Assembly (NCBI GenBank): GCA_965224705.1
Contig: OZ245056.1
Location: forward strand, 768,001 to 832,000
Length of the DNA stretch: 64,000 nt
DNA from: Spirochaetaceae bacterium
Lineage (GTDB): Bacteria > Spirochaetota > Spirochaetia > DSM-2461
Reading direction: 5' to 3'
Shown here: piece after piece, positions 49,861 through 59,453 of the stretch
Layout of the letters: each line of letters begins with the position of its first letter
How positions within the stretch are numbered: position 1 is the stretch's first letter
Notes under the pieces: model-generated
Databases searched by the model: none
Seen by the model: only the letters and a program-made list of their open reading frames with translations
Told to the model about the DNA's origin: nothing
Program-made: the position numbers and the translations under genes

Positions 49861-50622
49861 ATGCTCCGCAACATCGCACTTGTTATCTCCTATGATGGTA
49901 CTCAGTATGCTGGATGGCAGATTCAAGAAGGTCAACCCAGCGTGCAGGGAACAATAGAAAAAGCTCTTGAAGATTTACATGGGTTTTCAATTTCACTGAC
50001 GGGGGCTGGAAGAACAGATGCCGGTGTTCATGCAACAGGTCAGATGGGGAACTTTCTTACGGAGAAAGATACAATCCCTGACTGGCAGTTTCGAGATGCA
50101 TTGAATTCCCGGCTTCCCCGTGATATCCAGATTTTGAGAAGTCAACGTGTGGACAGGTCTTTTCATCCAAGAAGAAATGCCCTGGCCCGAGTCTATGAAT
50201 ACAGAATGGCTGAAGGACGTGCCTTTCCCGCCCATCTTACACGCTTTACCTGGCTGCTTCCCCGTATCCCTTCCCTGGTTATTCTTAACAGTATGGCAAG
50301 TATTATCTGCGGCAGGCATGATTTCACCGCATTCGCAGCAGCAGGAGATTCTTCTCCCAATAAAAACCGGGAGATATATCATGCGGTGTTTCTGTCTGAT
50401 GGCCCCCAAACCCTGTTCCGTATCGGCGGCAATGCTTTTCTATGGAAAATGGTGCGTTCTTTGCTGGGAACTATGATAGATACAGCATTACGGGGTGGTG
50501 ATAAATGTACAATAAAGGGCATACTTGAATCTGGAGATAGAAATACGGCTGGACCCACAGCTCCGGCCAGAGGATTATTCCTTACCAGGGTGGAATATGG
50601 ACAGGAATGGGGCCTTCAATAG
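49861..50622 (+). CDS. truA: tRNA pseudouridine(38-40) synthase
   Basis: YDGT.Y.GWQ, GRTDAGVHA, FLWKMVR and TAPARGL motifs. Confidence 0.96.
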   Translation: MLRNIALVISYDGTQYAGWQIQEGQPSVQGTIEKALEDLHGFSISLTGAGRTDAGVHATGQMGNFLTEKDTIPDWQFRDALNSRLPRDIQILRSQRVDRSFHPRRNALARVYEYRMAEGRAFPAHLTRFTWLLPRIPSLVILNSMASIICGRHDFTAFAAAGDSSPNKNREIYHAVFLSDGPQTLFRIGGNAFLWKMVRSLLGTMIDTALRGGDKCTIKGILESGDRNTAGPTAPARGLFLTRVEYGQEWGLQ

Positions 50623-51391
50623 ATATGCCTGCATACTGAAAGATGCTGAAAACTGGCTGACTGGCAGGTATCGATCAAGAGAGGCGAATGACACAATAGT
50701 TATCCCCGAAAATCAGGGAAGGGATTCGGCATTTCTTAACAGAAGCCCCGGATCGATTTCATTGAAGGATTCATCGGGATTTATCCCCTCTGTTCCTGTA
50801 GAAAATGGCCGGGCAGATGCAGCAGAACTGCAGGTCATCAACCGGGAAATCTGTACCTGTGAGAACTGTAACCTGTACTTGCTGAGAAGGTGTACTGTTC
50901 CAGGCAGGGGAACTGCCGGAGCAAGGCTTATGGTGGTAACCCCACCGCCTGTTGATGATGCCCGGGAGGACTCAATGCCCATGTCGATACAGGGAAATGA
51001 GTATCTGGCAAAATGGCTTACAGCCCTGGAACTTAATCTGGAGCAGGACATCTTCATTACACCGGCTGTGAAATGCCGAACACCTGGCGGAAGACCGCCT
51101 GAATCCAGTGAAGTGGAGGCCTGCAACGATTTCCTGCGGAGGCAATACCGGGCGGTGGCTCCCACTGCCGTACTGGCTCTGGGAGATGCGGCCTGTGGAG
51201 CCCTTTCCGGTAATCCGCGGGATTTTCCTGCCCTTGTTACCAAAAACTGGCGCTGGGGAGTAATTCCAGCCCTTGTTCTGTGGACGCCTGAAGAAGTTCT
51301 GGCTCATCCCGAACGCTTAAGAAGGCCGGTATGGGAAGCATTACTGCGATTCAAGGCGGCCTGGAATGTTCTACCTGGAACTGGTCTTTAA
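50597..51391 (+). CDS. Family-4 uracil-DNA glycosylase-like protein (catalytic motifs degenerate)
   Basis: CENC, VPGRG, VKCRTP..R.P...E..AC and LALG motifs; GEAPG and HP motifs are missing. Confidence 0.75.
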   Translation: MDRNGAFNRYACILKDAENWLTGRYRSREANDTIVIPENQGRDSAFLNRSPGSISLKDSSGFIPSVPVENGRADAAELQVINREICTCENCNLYLLRRCTVPGRGTAGARLMVVTPPPVDDAREDSMPMSIQGNEYLAKWLTALELNLEQDIFITPAVKCRTPGGRPPESSEVEACNDFLRRQYRAVAPTAVLALGDAACGALSGNPRDFPALVTKNWRWGVIPALVLWTPEEVLAHPERLRRPVWEALLRFKAAWNVLPGTGL

Positions 51392-53303
51392 TATTCCTGT
51401 TCAGCAGAGTTACACCTACCTGTCCGAACAGGAGGTTTCTGTTGGCTGCCGCGTAAAGGCAGAGTTGGGTTCCCGCCGTCTCATTGGCTGGGTTGTGGGG
51501 AGTCATGATAAACCTCCGCAGAAATTGAAAAAGGTTAAGAGTATTGAAAAAGTTGTGGATTCTCAGTCTCTTTTCGGTAAGGATACCCTGTCTCTGGCCC
51601 GGTGGATGTCAGCACTTACCCTTTGCAGTCTTGGCGAATCTCTGGCCTGCATGCTTCCTGGCGGACAGAGGGAAGGCCGGGGATTGTTGGATGATGACGG
51701 ATATCAGGCAGTCCGTATTGATGAACTTACCTCCGGGCAGTCCAGAGCTCTGGATGCTGTTCAAAAGAGTACTGATCAGTGGTTTTATCTCTATGGCGGA
51801 ACAGGGTCAGGTAAAACCGAAGTGTTTCTTCGTGTTGCTGAAAGAATGATTTCACAGGGCAGGGGGGTTATCTACCTTGTGCCGGAAATTGCTCTGAGTC
51901 ATCATCTGGCGGAGGGACTGGTAAAACGGTTTCCAGATAATCTTGCCGTGCTACATTCCAGTCTTACCCAATCTCAGCGTTTAACTCAGTGGCGGAAAAT
52001 CCAGAATGGTGAGGCCTTGTTTGTTCTTGGAGCCAGAAGTGCTGTATTTGCACCCGTCGATAATCTTGGATTGATTGTAATTGATGAGGAACATGAGGGT
52101 TCTTATAAATCCTCAAAGACGCCTCGTTATCACGCCCGGCAGCTGGCAATGAGGCGGTGTCGGCTGTCCGGAGCTACTCTGGTTATGGGGAGCGCAACTC
52201 CTTCGGTGGAGGCCTGGTCTCTGATGAATAACGGCCGATTGCAGAAACTGGAGTTGAAAGGTCGGCCAGCAGGTGGAGATTTACCTAAAATTTCTGTTGT
52301 CAATATGCAAAAAGTCAGCGGAGTTTTATCGCGGGATGTGCACATGGCTCTTACCCGTGTGTTGAACGAAGGCCGTCAAGCCCTCCTTTTTCTGAACAGG
52401 AGAGGGTTTTCCTATCATTATCAATGCCCGGACTGCGGAGAGGAGATTCTATGCCATCAATGCAGCGTCCCCCTCACCTATCACAAGAATCGAAATACAA
52501 TGATGTGCCATTACTGCGGTTATACAAAACTGCCTCCATCAATCTGTTCCAACTGCAATTCCCGGCAGATAAGGGCCCATGGCTTTGGTACGGAGAAAAT
52601 CGAAGACGAAATACAATCTCTGTATCCTGAAAAACGTATTGCCCGCCTTGATCGTGATACAACGGGGAGGAAGGGAGTTCTGGCATCGATACTGAAAGAT
52701 TTTAGAACTGGGAAAATTGACATTCTTCTGGGTACTCAGATGGTGGCCAAAGGGCTCAATGCACCTGGTGTCAAGCTGTCAGTCATTCTTGCCGCAGACA
52801 CAGCATTGAATCTGCCGGATTTCCGCTCTGCTGAACGGACATTTTCCCTCATTGTTCAGGTTGCCGGCCGAGCAGGACGTTTTCGCCCTGACGGAGAAGT
52901 TATAATACAAACCAACCGTCCTGAGTCCTTTCCGGTGAAATTCGCTGCTGAAAACAGAATTATTGAATTCTATGAGTATGAATTAAGTCAGAGAGCCATG
53001 CTGGGCTTTCCTCCCTACAGTCGTCTCTTTCGATTGGTTGTAAGGGGCAAAAAGGAGGAAAATGTAAGGAAATACCTGGATAAGCTGGCGGAGAATCTTT
53101 CTCAGGGCACGAAAAGCTGGGAGTTAATGGGGCCAGCCGAATGCCCGCTGGGTATGATTAATGGCCACTATCGGCGGCATGTAATTCTCAGAAGCCAGTT
53201 CTTTGACCAGACTCATGCAGCCGTAGCGTCGGCGGTCGCCAGCGTCAGGAAGATGGATGGCTTGAGGCTGGAGATTGACATGGATCCGGTAGATTTGTTA
53301 TAG
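51366..53303 (+). CDS. priA: Primosomal protein N'
   Basis: GTGSGKTEV, DEEH, SATPS, LNRRG and four CxxC motifs. Confidence 0.96.
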   Translation: MFYLELVFNIPVQQSYTYLSEQEVSVGCRVKAELGSRRLIGWVVGSHDKPPQKLKKVKSIEKVVDSQSLFGKDTLSLARWMSALTLCSLGESLACMLPGGQREGRGLLDDDGYQAVRIDELTSGQSRALDAVQKSTDQWFYLYGGTGSGKTEVFLRVAERMISQGRGVIYLVPEIALSHHLAEGLVKRFPDNLAVLHSSLTQSQRLTQWRKIQNGEALFVLGARSAVFAPVDNLGLIVIDEEHEGSYKSSKTPRYHARQLAMRRCRLSGATLVMGSATPSVEAWSLMNNGRLQKLELKGRPAGGDLPKISVVNMQKVSGVLSRDVHMALTRVLNEGRQALLFLNRRGFSYHYQCPDCGEEILCHQCSVPLTYHKNRNTMMCHYCGYTKLPPSICSNCNSRQIRAHGFGTEKIEDEIQSLYPEKRIARLDRDTTGRKGVLASILKDFRTGKIDILLGTQMVAKGLNAPGVKLSVILAADTALNLPDFRSAERTFSLIVQVAGRAGRFRPDGEVIIQTNRPESFPVKFAAENRIIEFYEYELSQRAMLGFPPYSRLFRLVVRGKKEENVRKYLDKLAENLSQGTKSWELMGPAECPLGMINGHYRRHVILRSQFFDQTHAAVASAVASVRKMDGLRLEIDMDPVDLL

Positions 53304-53361
53304 AAACGCCCCGGAGCTGTTCCCATGACAAAACATTTTAATTGTATTATATTCAGGATGT

Positions 53362-53850
53362 ATGGAGATATACACTATCAGGGTTGAGAATCAGCTGCAT
53401 ATTCTGCGGCAGGTTGCCGCACCCATTCAGAAAATTGATACTGAGACCGCTGTTCTTGCCCGGCAAATGATTGATACGATGATAAGGGGGAATGGTATAG
53501 GTTTGGCCGGACCGCAGGTTGGACTGTTGCAGCGCATATTCGTTGTTAAACCAGGTGATGAGGAGCCCCTCGTTTTCATCAATCCAGAAATAACGGCCAC
53601 CAGTTCGGAATTATCGCGATATGAGGAAGGATGCTTGAGTATTCCCGGTCAATATGCCACCGTAAAACGCCCGGCGGAGATTCAGGTTCAGGCCTGGAAT
53701 CTCCGGGGACGTCCGTTCACCATGGGAGCAGGCGGCCTTTTGTCAACGGTCATTCAACATGAACTTGATCACCTCAATGGGATTCTCTTCATTGATCATT
53801 TGAGCCGCAGTAAGAAGAAAAAAATCCTTGACAGCCAGATAAGTGCCTGA
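53362..53850 (+). CDS. def: Peptide deformylase
   Basis: GIGLAGPQ, EGCLS and QHELDH motifs. Confidence 0.96.
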   Translation: MEIYTIRVENQLHILRQVAAPIQKIDTETAVLARQMIDTMIRGNGIGLAGPQVGLLQRIFVVKPGDEEPLVFINPEITATSSELSRYEEGCLSIPGQYATVKRPAEIQVQAWNLRGRPFTMGAGGLLSTVIQHELDHLNGILFIDHLSRSKKKKILDSQISA

Positions 53851-54804
53851 ATGAGAATACTTTTTGCAGGCTCTCCATATATCGCCGTCCCTTCACTGCG
53901 ATCCATAGCAAGTCAATTCACAGTGGCAGGAGTTCTTACTGCCCCGGATAAAACCTCCGGGCGAGGACGCAGACTTACGCCTCCTGCTGTCAAAACTGCA
54001 GCGAAAGAACTTGGTTTGCCCATTCTCCAGCCTGTCAGAGTGGATGAAGAGGCAAGGAATGCTGTATTGAAACTCAAACCTGATCTACTGGTTGTATTTG
54101 CGTATGGAAAAATCTTCGGACCGAAGTTTCTGGATATTTTTCCAATGGGAGGTATCAACATGCACCCCTCGGCTCTGCCTCGATTTCGCGGGCCCTCCCC
54201 CCTGACGGCCGCCATACTGGCTGGGGATGATGAGACAGCCCTGACCGTTCAGAGATTGGCATTGAAAATGGATTCAGGTGACATACTTCGGCAGACGCCC
54301 CTCAGATTGAGTCCGTCAGAAACAACAGGTTCATTGGAAGAAAAAGTAGCCCGACAGGCTGGAGATGAACTGTTGACGGTTCTCAAAAGTATTCAATCCG
54401 GCACTGTTGTGGGTTATGCACAAAAGCATGAATCAGCCACATATTGCCATTTGATTACAAAGGATTCCGGCCGTATTGACTGGAAACAAAACGCCGTCGA
54501 TATTGAGCGCATGGTTCGAGCGTATTATCCCTGGCCAAAAGCACGAACAAAATTCTCCGGCCGAAGTTTGGCCATACTGGAGTCCAATGTTGGATTCACA
54601 GGAGGCAGAGACGATTCTCCCACACCCGGTACAGTCTTGAGTGTGGATAAGAGTCATGGTATCCTGGTACAGACGGGTAATGGAATTCTTGGAGTGACAC
54701 GATTACAGGCAGAGTCAAGAAAACCGATGGAGTTCAACGCATTTCTTAATGGTGTGAAAAACAAGACTGGTATGCTGTGGGGGGATGGAAATGAAAAGAT
54801 CTGA
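53851..54804 (+). CDS. fmt: Methionyl-tRNA formyltransferase
   Basis: PDK..GRG, NMHPS.LP.FRG and MDSGD motifs. Confidence 0.95.
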   Translation: MRILFAGSPYIAVPSLRSIASQFTVAGVLTAPDKTSGRGRRLTPPAVKTAAKELGLPILQPVRVDEEARNAVLKLKPDLLVVFAYGKIFGPKFLDIFPMGGINMHPSALPRFRGPSPLTAAILAGDDETALTVQRLALKMDSGDILRQTPLRLSPSETTGSLEEKVARQAGDELLTVLKSIQSGTVVGYAQKHESATYCHLITKDSGRIDWKQNAVDIERMVRAYYPWPKARTKFSGRSLAILESNVGFTGGRDDSPTPGTVLSVDKSHGILVQTGNGILGVTRLQAESRKPMEFNAFLNGVKNKTGMLWGDGNEKI

Positions 54805-55867
54805 ACGATTGCGGGACAAACTGCCAAAATTCATTCCAGGTTCTCCTGACGCTGCTGATGATGCCATGTCTGACAGCACTGATGATCAAAAAAGTGCATC
54901 GTTTTTTCGACAATCCATTCTCATCATCGGCATTGCACTGTTCATAATGCTGTTCTTCTTTATTATAGCATTTTTCTTTGCGGTTCGTGGGGCTGAACGG
55001 ACAATCGTACCGAATATTGTCAGCCTGGAACTAACCGAAGCCATGGTGATGCTCCAGGAAAGAGAACTCTACCCCCGGCTGCAGCTGAAATATACCGGAA
55101 CTCCCGATGACAAGGGGCTGATTATTGACCAGAACCCGGAAGCAGGTCTCTATGTCAAAGCAGGTCGCCGGATAACGGTTACCGTAAGCAAAGGGGCTGT
55201 CATTGACAACGTCGAAAACTATGTTGGCAAAGATCTGGATGAGGTAAGGGGGAGATTGACTACTTTGTTCTCAACCTATGAACCTCTTTTGTATATCAGG
55301 GAACCTGTAACTTACGTCTATAACAGTGCTCCTCAGGGGATTGTACTTTCTCAATCTCCTGAAGCAGGAACTCCATTAGGAGAGCCGCGGGAACTGATAC
55401 TGATTGTCAGTCGTGGAAATAGCGACAGACAGCTGACACTGCCAGGCTGGATTGATTGGAATAGTAACGGTACATTGGATTCCCTGGCCTCTCTTCCATT
55501 CAGTTTTCGATTCATTCCGGACAATGTTCCGCCAGTGGGATCTGCTCCACGAGTGAGAAGGCAGTACCCGGTGGAAGGTACAAAGCTGAATCCGGGAAGT
55601 ATGGTCACATTGTATTACAGTATCCCGGATTACATCCCTGAAGACTCTCAATACGGCCTGTTTTCATACGAATTGCCAGTGTATCCAGTGCCGGTTCTTC
55701 TTGAGGTATTTGTTCTGGAACCTGGCAATGAAGAGAGAATGTTTTTTTCCATGCCCTATGTTGGCGGACCTGTTTCCTTTCCCTATGTCTTTCCAATCGG
55801 TACGGTTCTCTATCTCAGGGTGAATGGCGAAGAAATCCATCGGCAGGTTGTTGAGGCTCCAGGCTGA
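54791..55867 (+). CDS. PASTA domain-containing membrane protein
   Basis: TM helix followed by repeated Q.P..G...VS.G PASTA units. Confidence 0.85.
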   Translation: MKRSERLRDKLPKFIPGSPDAADDAMSDSTDDQKSASFFRQSILIIGIALFIMLFFFIIAFFFAVRGAERTIVPNIVSLELTEAMVMLQERELYPRLQLKYTGTPDDKGLIIDQNPEAGLYVKAGRRITVTVSKGAVIDNVENYVGKDLDEVRGRLTTLFSTYEPLLYIREPVTYVYNSAPQGIVLSQSPEAGTPLGEPRELILIVSRGNSDRQLTLPGWIDWNSNGTLDSLASLPFSFRFIPDNVPPVGSAPRVRRQYPVEGTKLNPGSMVTLYYSIPDYIPEDSQYGLFSYELPVYPVPVLLEVFVLEPGNEERMFFSMPYVGGPVSFPYVFPIGTVLYLRVNGEEIHRQVVEAPG

Positions 55868-56663
55868 TGAGGCTTTTCGCTGAATGCACCGTTCCGAGGG
55901 CATGGCTGTATTGATTCCAGAATTCCAACAATTTCTGCTGTGAATTGTCAAAAAACTCATTCTGCATTGCAGCAGCATCAACTCCTATCCATCGCCAGTG
56001 CCAGCTTTCCCATTGATAGCCCGTTGGATAATGAGTGGTTTCTTCTGGGTAGGAAAGACTCCATCCATAGTCTTTTGCATTTTGCATCAACCATTGACCG
56101 GCAGGTGTTTCTGCGAATTCGTTTGTTATACTCCCAAAGTCAACAGATGTTCCAAGCTGATGCTGGCTGTATCCTGGTGGAGCGGAAAACCTGACGGCTC
56201 TTGTGTATCCAAACCGTTTTACATAAGCTTCATGAGTTTTTTTCTGGTATTCACTGGAACGATATGCCGATGAAACGTGGAGCTGAATACCGGATTCCAA
56301 TGCCTTTTTCGTCATGGAAAACAGGGATTGACAGGCCTGGGAGTCGAGCTTCATACCATTTTTATTTACAAAGAAAGAATCGGGACTGAGGATTTTGAGA
56401 TTGTCCGGTTGATAATCAAGGGGCAGGGGGTGAGTTTTGTCAATAAGAATCAGATATTCCGGGGAGGTCTTCAGCATCTGGTGGGCAAGGGATAGAAATC
56501 GCTGAGCACTCTGCTTTGTTCCAAATGTTAAAGCCGGAATCAAACTCTCAAGTTCTGAAATTGAGAGATCAAAATTGGGATGAATCATTGAGTTCTCCAA
56601 TTCAGCAGGGAAGCATATTCCACTGAGTAGCAGAAAAACTAAGTAAAAAAGACAGTATTTCAT
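55815..56663 (-). CDS. M15B D,D-carboxypeptidase (VanY-like)
   Basis: SAYRS, SQHQLGTSVDF and ESWHW motifs; signal peptide from MKYCLF. Confidence 0.88.
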   Translation of the reverse strand: MKYCLFYLVFLLLSGICFPAELENSMIHPNFDLSISELESLIPALTFGTKQSAQRFLSLAHQMLKTSPEYLILIDKTHPLPLDYQPDNLKILSPDSFFVNKNGMKLDSQACQSLFSMTKKALESGIQLHVSSAYRSSEYQKKTHEAYVKRFGYTRAVRFSAPPGYSQHQLGTSVDFGSITNEFAETPAGQWLMQNAKDYGWSLSYPEETTHYPTGYQWESWHWRWIGVDAAAMQNEFFDNSQQKLLEFWNQYSHALGTVHSAKSLISLEPQQPADGFLRHSP

Positions 56664-56703
56664 CTCTGATCCAAGAATATACAATGTTCAGGGGTAATCC
56701 AAG

Positions 56704-58227
56704 ATGGTGACTCCTTACTATAATATGAGTGTGAGTACATTCAAAGAAGCCCACAGGGAGGCCCGGAACATGTTGGACCGGGGAGGTTTTAAAGATGCAT
56801 TTTCTCGCATCGCCAATGTCAAAGCAAGCCGTCCTGATCAGTTGTTCGATAAGATTGCGCTCATTGCCGATGCCGGCATAGCCCTCAGGAATATCAAAAT
56901 CCTTGAGTATGGTTTGTATTTACTGGAGCATAATGCCCGGGACACTCTTGCTGTACCGGCATGTGCTCCCTACCACTGGTTCAACCTGGGTAATCTGCAG
57001 GTCAATATACTATCATTGCTTGAGTATGAAGGCAGCAGCCGATGCTGGTATGACAGGCCATTAACGGTCAAGTCCCGGGAAGCCTACAAAAAAGCTGCTA
57101 ACAGTGTTGTGGATGATAATCATTTCAAATCTCAGATTCTTACAGCCCATGGCCGTCTCCTCTATGGTCTGGGGCGGGACAGGGAGGCTTTTGATCTATT
57201 TCACAAAGCAACTTTACTGAATCCGGATGAAGATGAGGCTGAACTGGGTAGAATTGAATCTCTGGCTGCAATCTCCGGTACGGCACCAGCTCTGGAAGAA
57301 AACCTGTTGAAGGAGGCTGGCGGCCGTTTAATCTCTCTGGAGAAAAGAAGTGAAAGTCATAAATGGAACAGCAACATTAAGGAACTCAAAGAACTGATAT
57401 CTGAACGTCTGGGAACCTCCGACATTGAAGAACCGGATTATCCGCGAAATACCATCGATATTGACAGTGAAAAAGGGTACACGATGGTAATGTACAACCT
57501 GAAGCATCACCTGTACCTGAGTCCATGTGCAGGTTGTTTGAAATGTGACAGGGCCATAGGTGATGCTGCTGTTATCGGTGCCAGACATGCTGTTTTTGGC
57601 GGGAAAGTTGCAGACCGCTACCGCCGTATGGCGATATTGATTGGGCGTCTTACTGAACGGCATCGCGCATTGCGGGCAGCTTTGTTTGACCATCATCAAA
57701 AAATTGAAGTTCCTGACGGCGCTGATTATCAGCCCCACATCCCGGCTGTTGACAGCTGGAAACCCATCCCCGCGGCAACAGTCTCACTCCTCAGCATTCT
57801 ATCAGGTTTAAGGGCAGTGATGGAGGGAATGGCCGCTTGTGCAGGTCTATACCTTGATCGAGAGATAAAATCTCCATTGAAAATGAATGACATACTTGGC
57901 ACCCCCACCTCTCCCAACACGGATTTGTACAAATTGAAGAATCCGGCTTTTCATGCCTTCTGGGATCTCTGGGCCGATGGTGAAGAGGATTTGATACCAG
58001 GAGTTAATCTAATTCGAGAATTTGGAGATAACCTTTCTTCCCGAAATGCAGAGAGTCTTTCACTCAATCATGACGATCTTACAGTACAGGCCATGTCCCT
58101 TACGGAATGGTCTGGAAAACTTATATTCTATCTCATTCGCATTGCGGACAGGGATGCCCGTGGGGATACGGAAGATCCTTCTGCCTGGCCCCTGAGGCCA
58201 TTTGTTATACCGGAAAGCATCCTCTAA
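56704..58227 (+). CDS. TPR protein with LA2681-like HEPN-type C-terminal region (probably inactive)
   Basis: TPR-like helices, then LYLSPC..C..CD.AIGD, KNPAFHAFWDL and KLIFYL, recalled as resembling LA2681-like HEPN proteins. Confidence 0.5.
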   Translation: MVTPYYNMSVSTFKEAHREARNMLDRGGFKDAFSRIANVKASRPDQLFDKIALIADAGIALRNIKILEYGLYLLEHNARDTLAVPACAPYHWFNLGNLQVNILSLLEYEGSSRCWYDRPLTVKSREAYKKAANSVVDDNHFKSQILTAHGRLLYGLGRDREAFDLFHKATLLNPDEDEAELGRIESLAAISGTAPALEENLLKEAGGRLISLEKRSESHKWNSNIKELKELISERLGTSDIEEPDYPRNTIDIDSEKGYTMVMYNLKHHLYLSPCAGCLKCDRAIGDAAVIGARHAVFGGKVADRYRRMAILIGRLTERHRALRAALFDHHQKIEVPDGADYQPHIPAVDSWKPIPAATVSLLSILSGLRAVMEGMAACAGLYLDREIKSPLKMNDILGTPTSPNTDLYKLKNPAFHAFWDLWADGEEDLIPGVNLIREFGDNLSSRNAESLSLNHDDLTVQAMSLTEWSGKLIFYLIRIADRDARGDTEDPSAWPLRPFVIPESIL

Positions 58228-58238
58228 CGAACACCTCG

Positions 58239-58400
58239 GAGTCTGTCGGACTTTAAGGCTTCGAGGCGATTTTTGATGATTTTTCCTGATGCAAGGCAAC
58301 AAAAACTTAAGCGTAGCTGGGCTACGTGAGTATTTTGGCAACGCGGTAGCGGGGAAAAAAGGGCAAAAATCGAGCCGTGAGGCGTAAGTCCGACAGACTC
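58239..58400. mobile_element. 162 bp MITE, family B, CTCG target duplication
   Basis: Same IRs as 42942; CTCG direct repeat at 58235-58238 and 58401-58404. Confidence 0.9.
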
Positions 58401-58491
58401 CTCGGAGGGAGTGAAATTTGCCTATTGGCAGCAGGGTGAAGATTGCTGACAGGATCAGAAGTTTTCAAGTATTGGTTTTTCAGGATTCTAC

Positions 58492-58519
58492 TTGACAGCA
58501 GGATATTTTCTAATATACT
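58492..58519 (+). promoter_or_regulatory. Sigma70 promoter
   Basis: TTGACA-16 bp-TATACT upstream of ATG 58547. Confidence 0.6.
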
Positions 58520-58546
58520 TTATACTTAGGAAGACAGGGGGTTAAT

Positions 58547-59449
58547 ATGAAATATATTAAAATAACAACTGTTCTTATGCTCATCTTATTGGGAATTTCC
58601 TGTAAGGGCAACATTTTTACAGGTAATCTGTTTAGTGCGTTGGATCCATATAAACCACCCTCGGAGAATGAACTGACGACAACCGAAGCAATCATGGATG
58701 AAGTAACGGATGGGCGTTTCCTGGATTATCTGGGTCAATCCCCGGAACTGGCTGAAAAAATCCTGGGAATACTGGAGGCTGAAAAGGATGACATTGTTGA
58801 CAAACTTAACGCTGGTGAAACTATCACCGATGACGAAAAACAATCACTCCTTGCTCTGTCACAGGTTGAATTTGCCGCCAGTGAAGCAGATGAATCACTG
58901 GCAAAAACGAATGATTTGATCGAGGACGTTGCTCAAGGTGAATCTGTATTGAGCTCAACAGCGGATCTATTAAAAAAGATTATAGTCATTGAAGATGGTC
59001 TGACAGAGAATGAGAAAAAAGAAAGTGTTAGAATGCAGATTGATGCTATGGTGAACAGTGCTGAGTATCTAAGGTTGTATCAGGATATTAATACAGACAA
59101 AGATGGAAACTACCTCCCGCCGGAAAGTACTGATTACCCTGAATCAGAAACAGCCTTTGATGCACTGTATTCGGGTGTTGTCTCATATATCACATCCAAT
59201 ATTATAGTAACTCAAGAAATAAAAGATGACTATCCTGGTACCACCGATGACGATGAGCTGCGTAAACTTGCCTTAACTGATGCCTTAGTTGCAGAAGTGA
59301 CCATTCCTAAGTATGAGAAACCAGCTGGTCTTGGTACAGATCCCGAAATGAAGGAACTGACTGAAGCCATTCTGGAGGAACAGGGAGTCGACAAAATAGT
59401 CGATCGTGGCCTGGGACTCGATACTGTTCTGGAAAAACTGGTTGGTTAA
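58547..59449 (+). CDS. Acidic helical lipoprotein, unknown function
   Basis: Lipobox LLGISC; very Asp/Glu-rich. Confidence 0.75.
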   Translation: MKYIKITTVLMLILLGISCKGNIFTGNLFSALDPYKPPSENELTTTEAIMDEVTDGRFLDYLGQSPELAEKILGILEAEKDDIVDKLNAGETITDDEKQSLLALSQVEFAASEADESLAKTNDLIEDVAQGESVLSSTADLLKKIIVIEDGLTENEKKESVRMQIDAMVNSAEYLRLYQDINTDKDGNYLPPESTDYPESETAFDALYSGVVSYITSNIIVTQEIKDDYPGTTDDDELRKLALTDALVAEVTIPKYEKPAGLGTDPEMKELTEAILEEQGVDKIVDRGLGLDTVLEKLVG

Positions 59450-59453
59450 TTCT

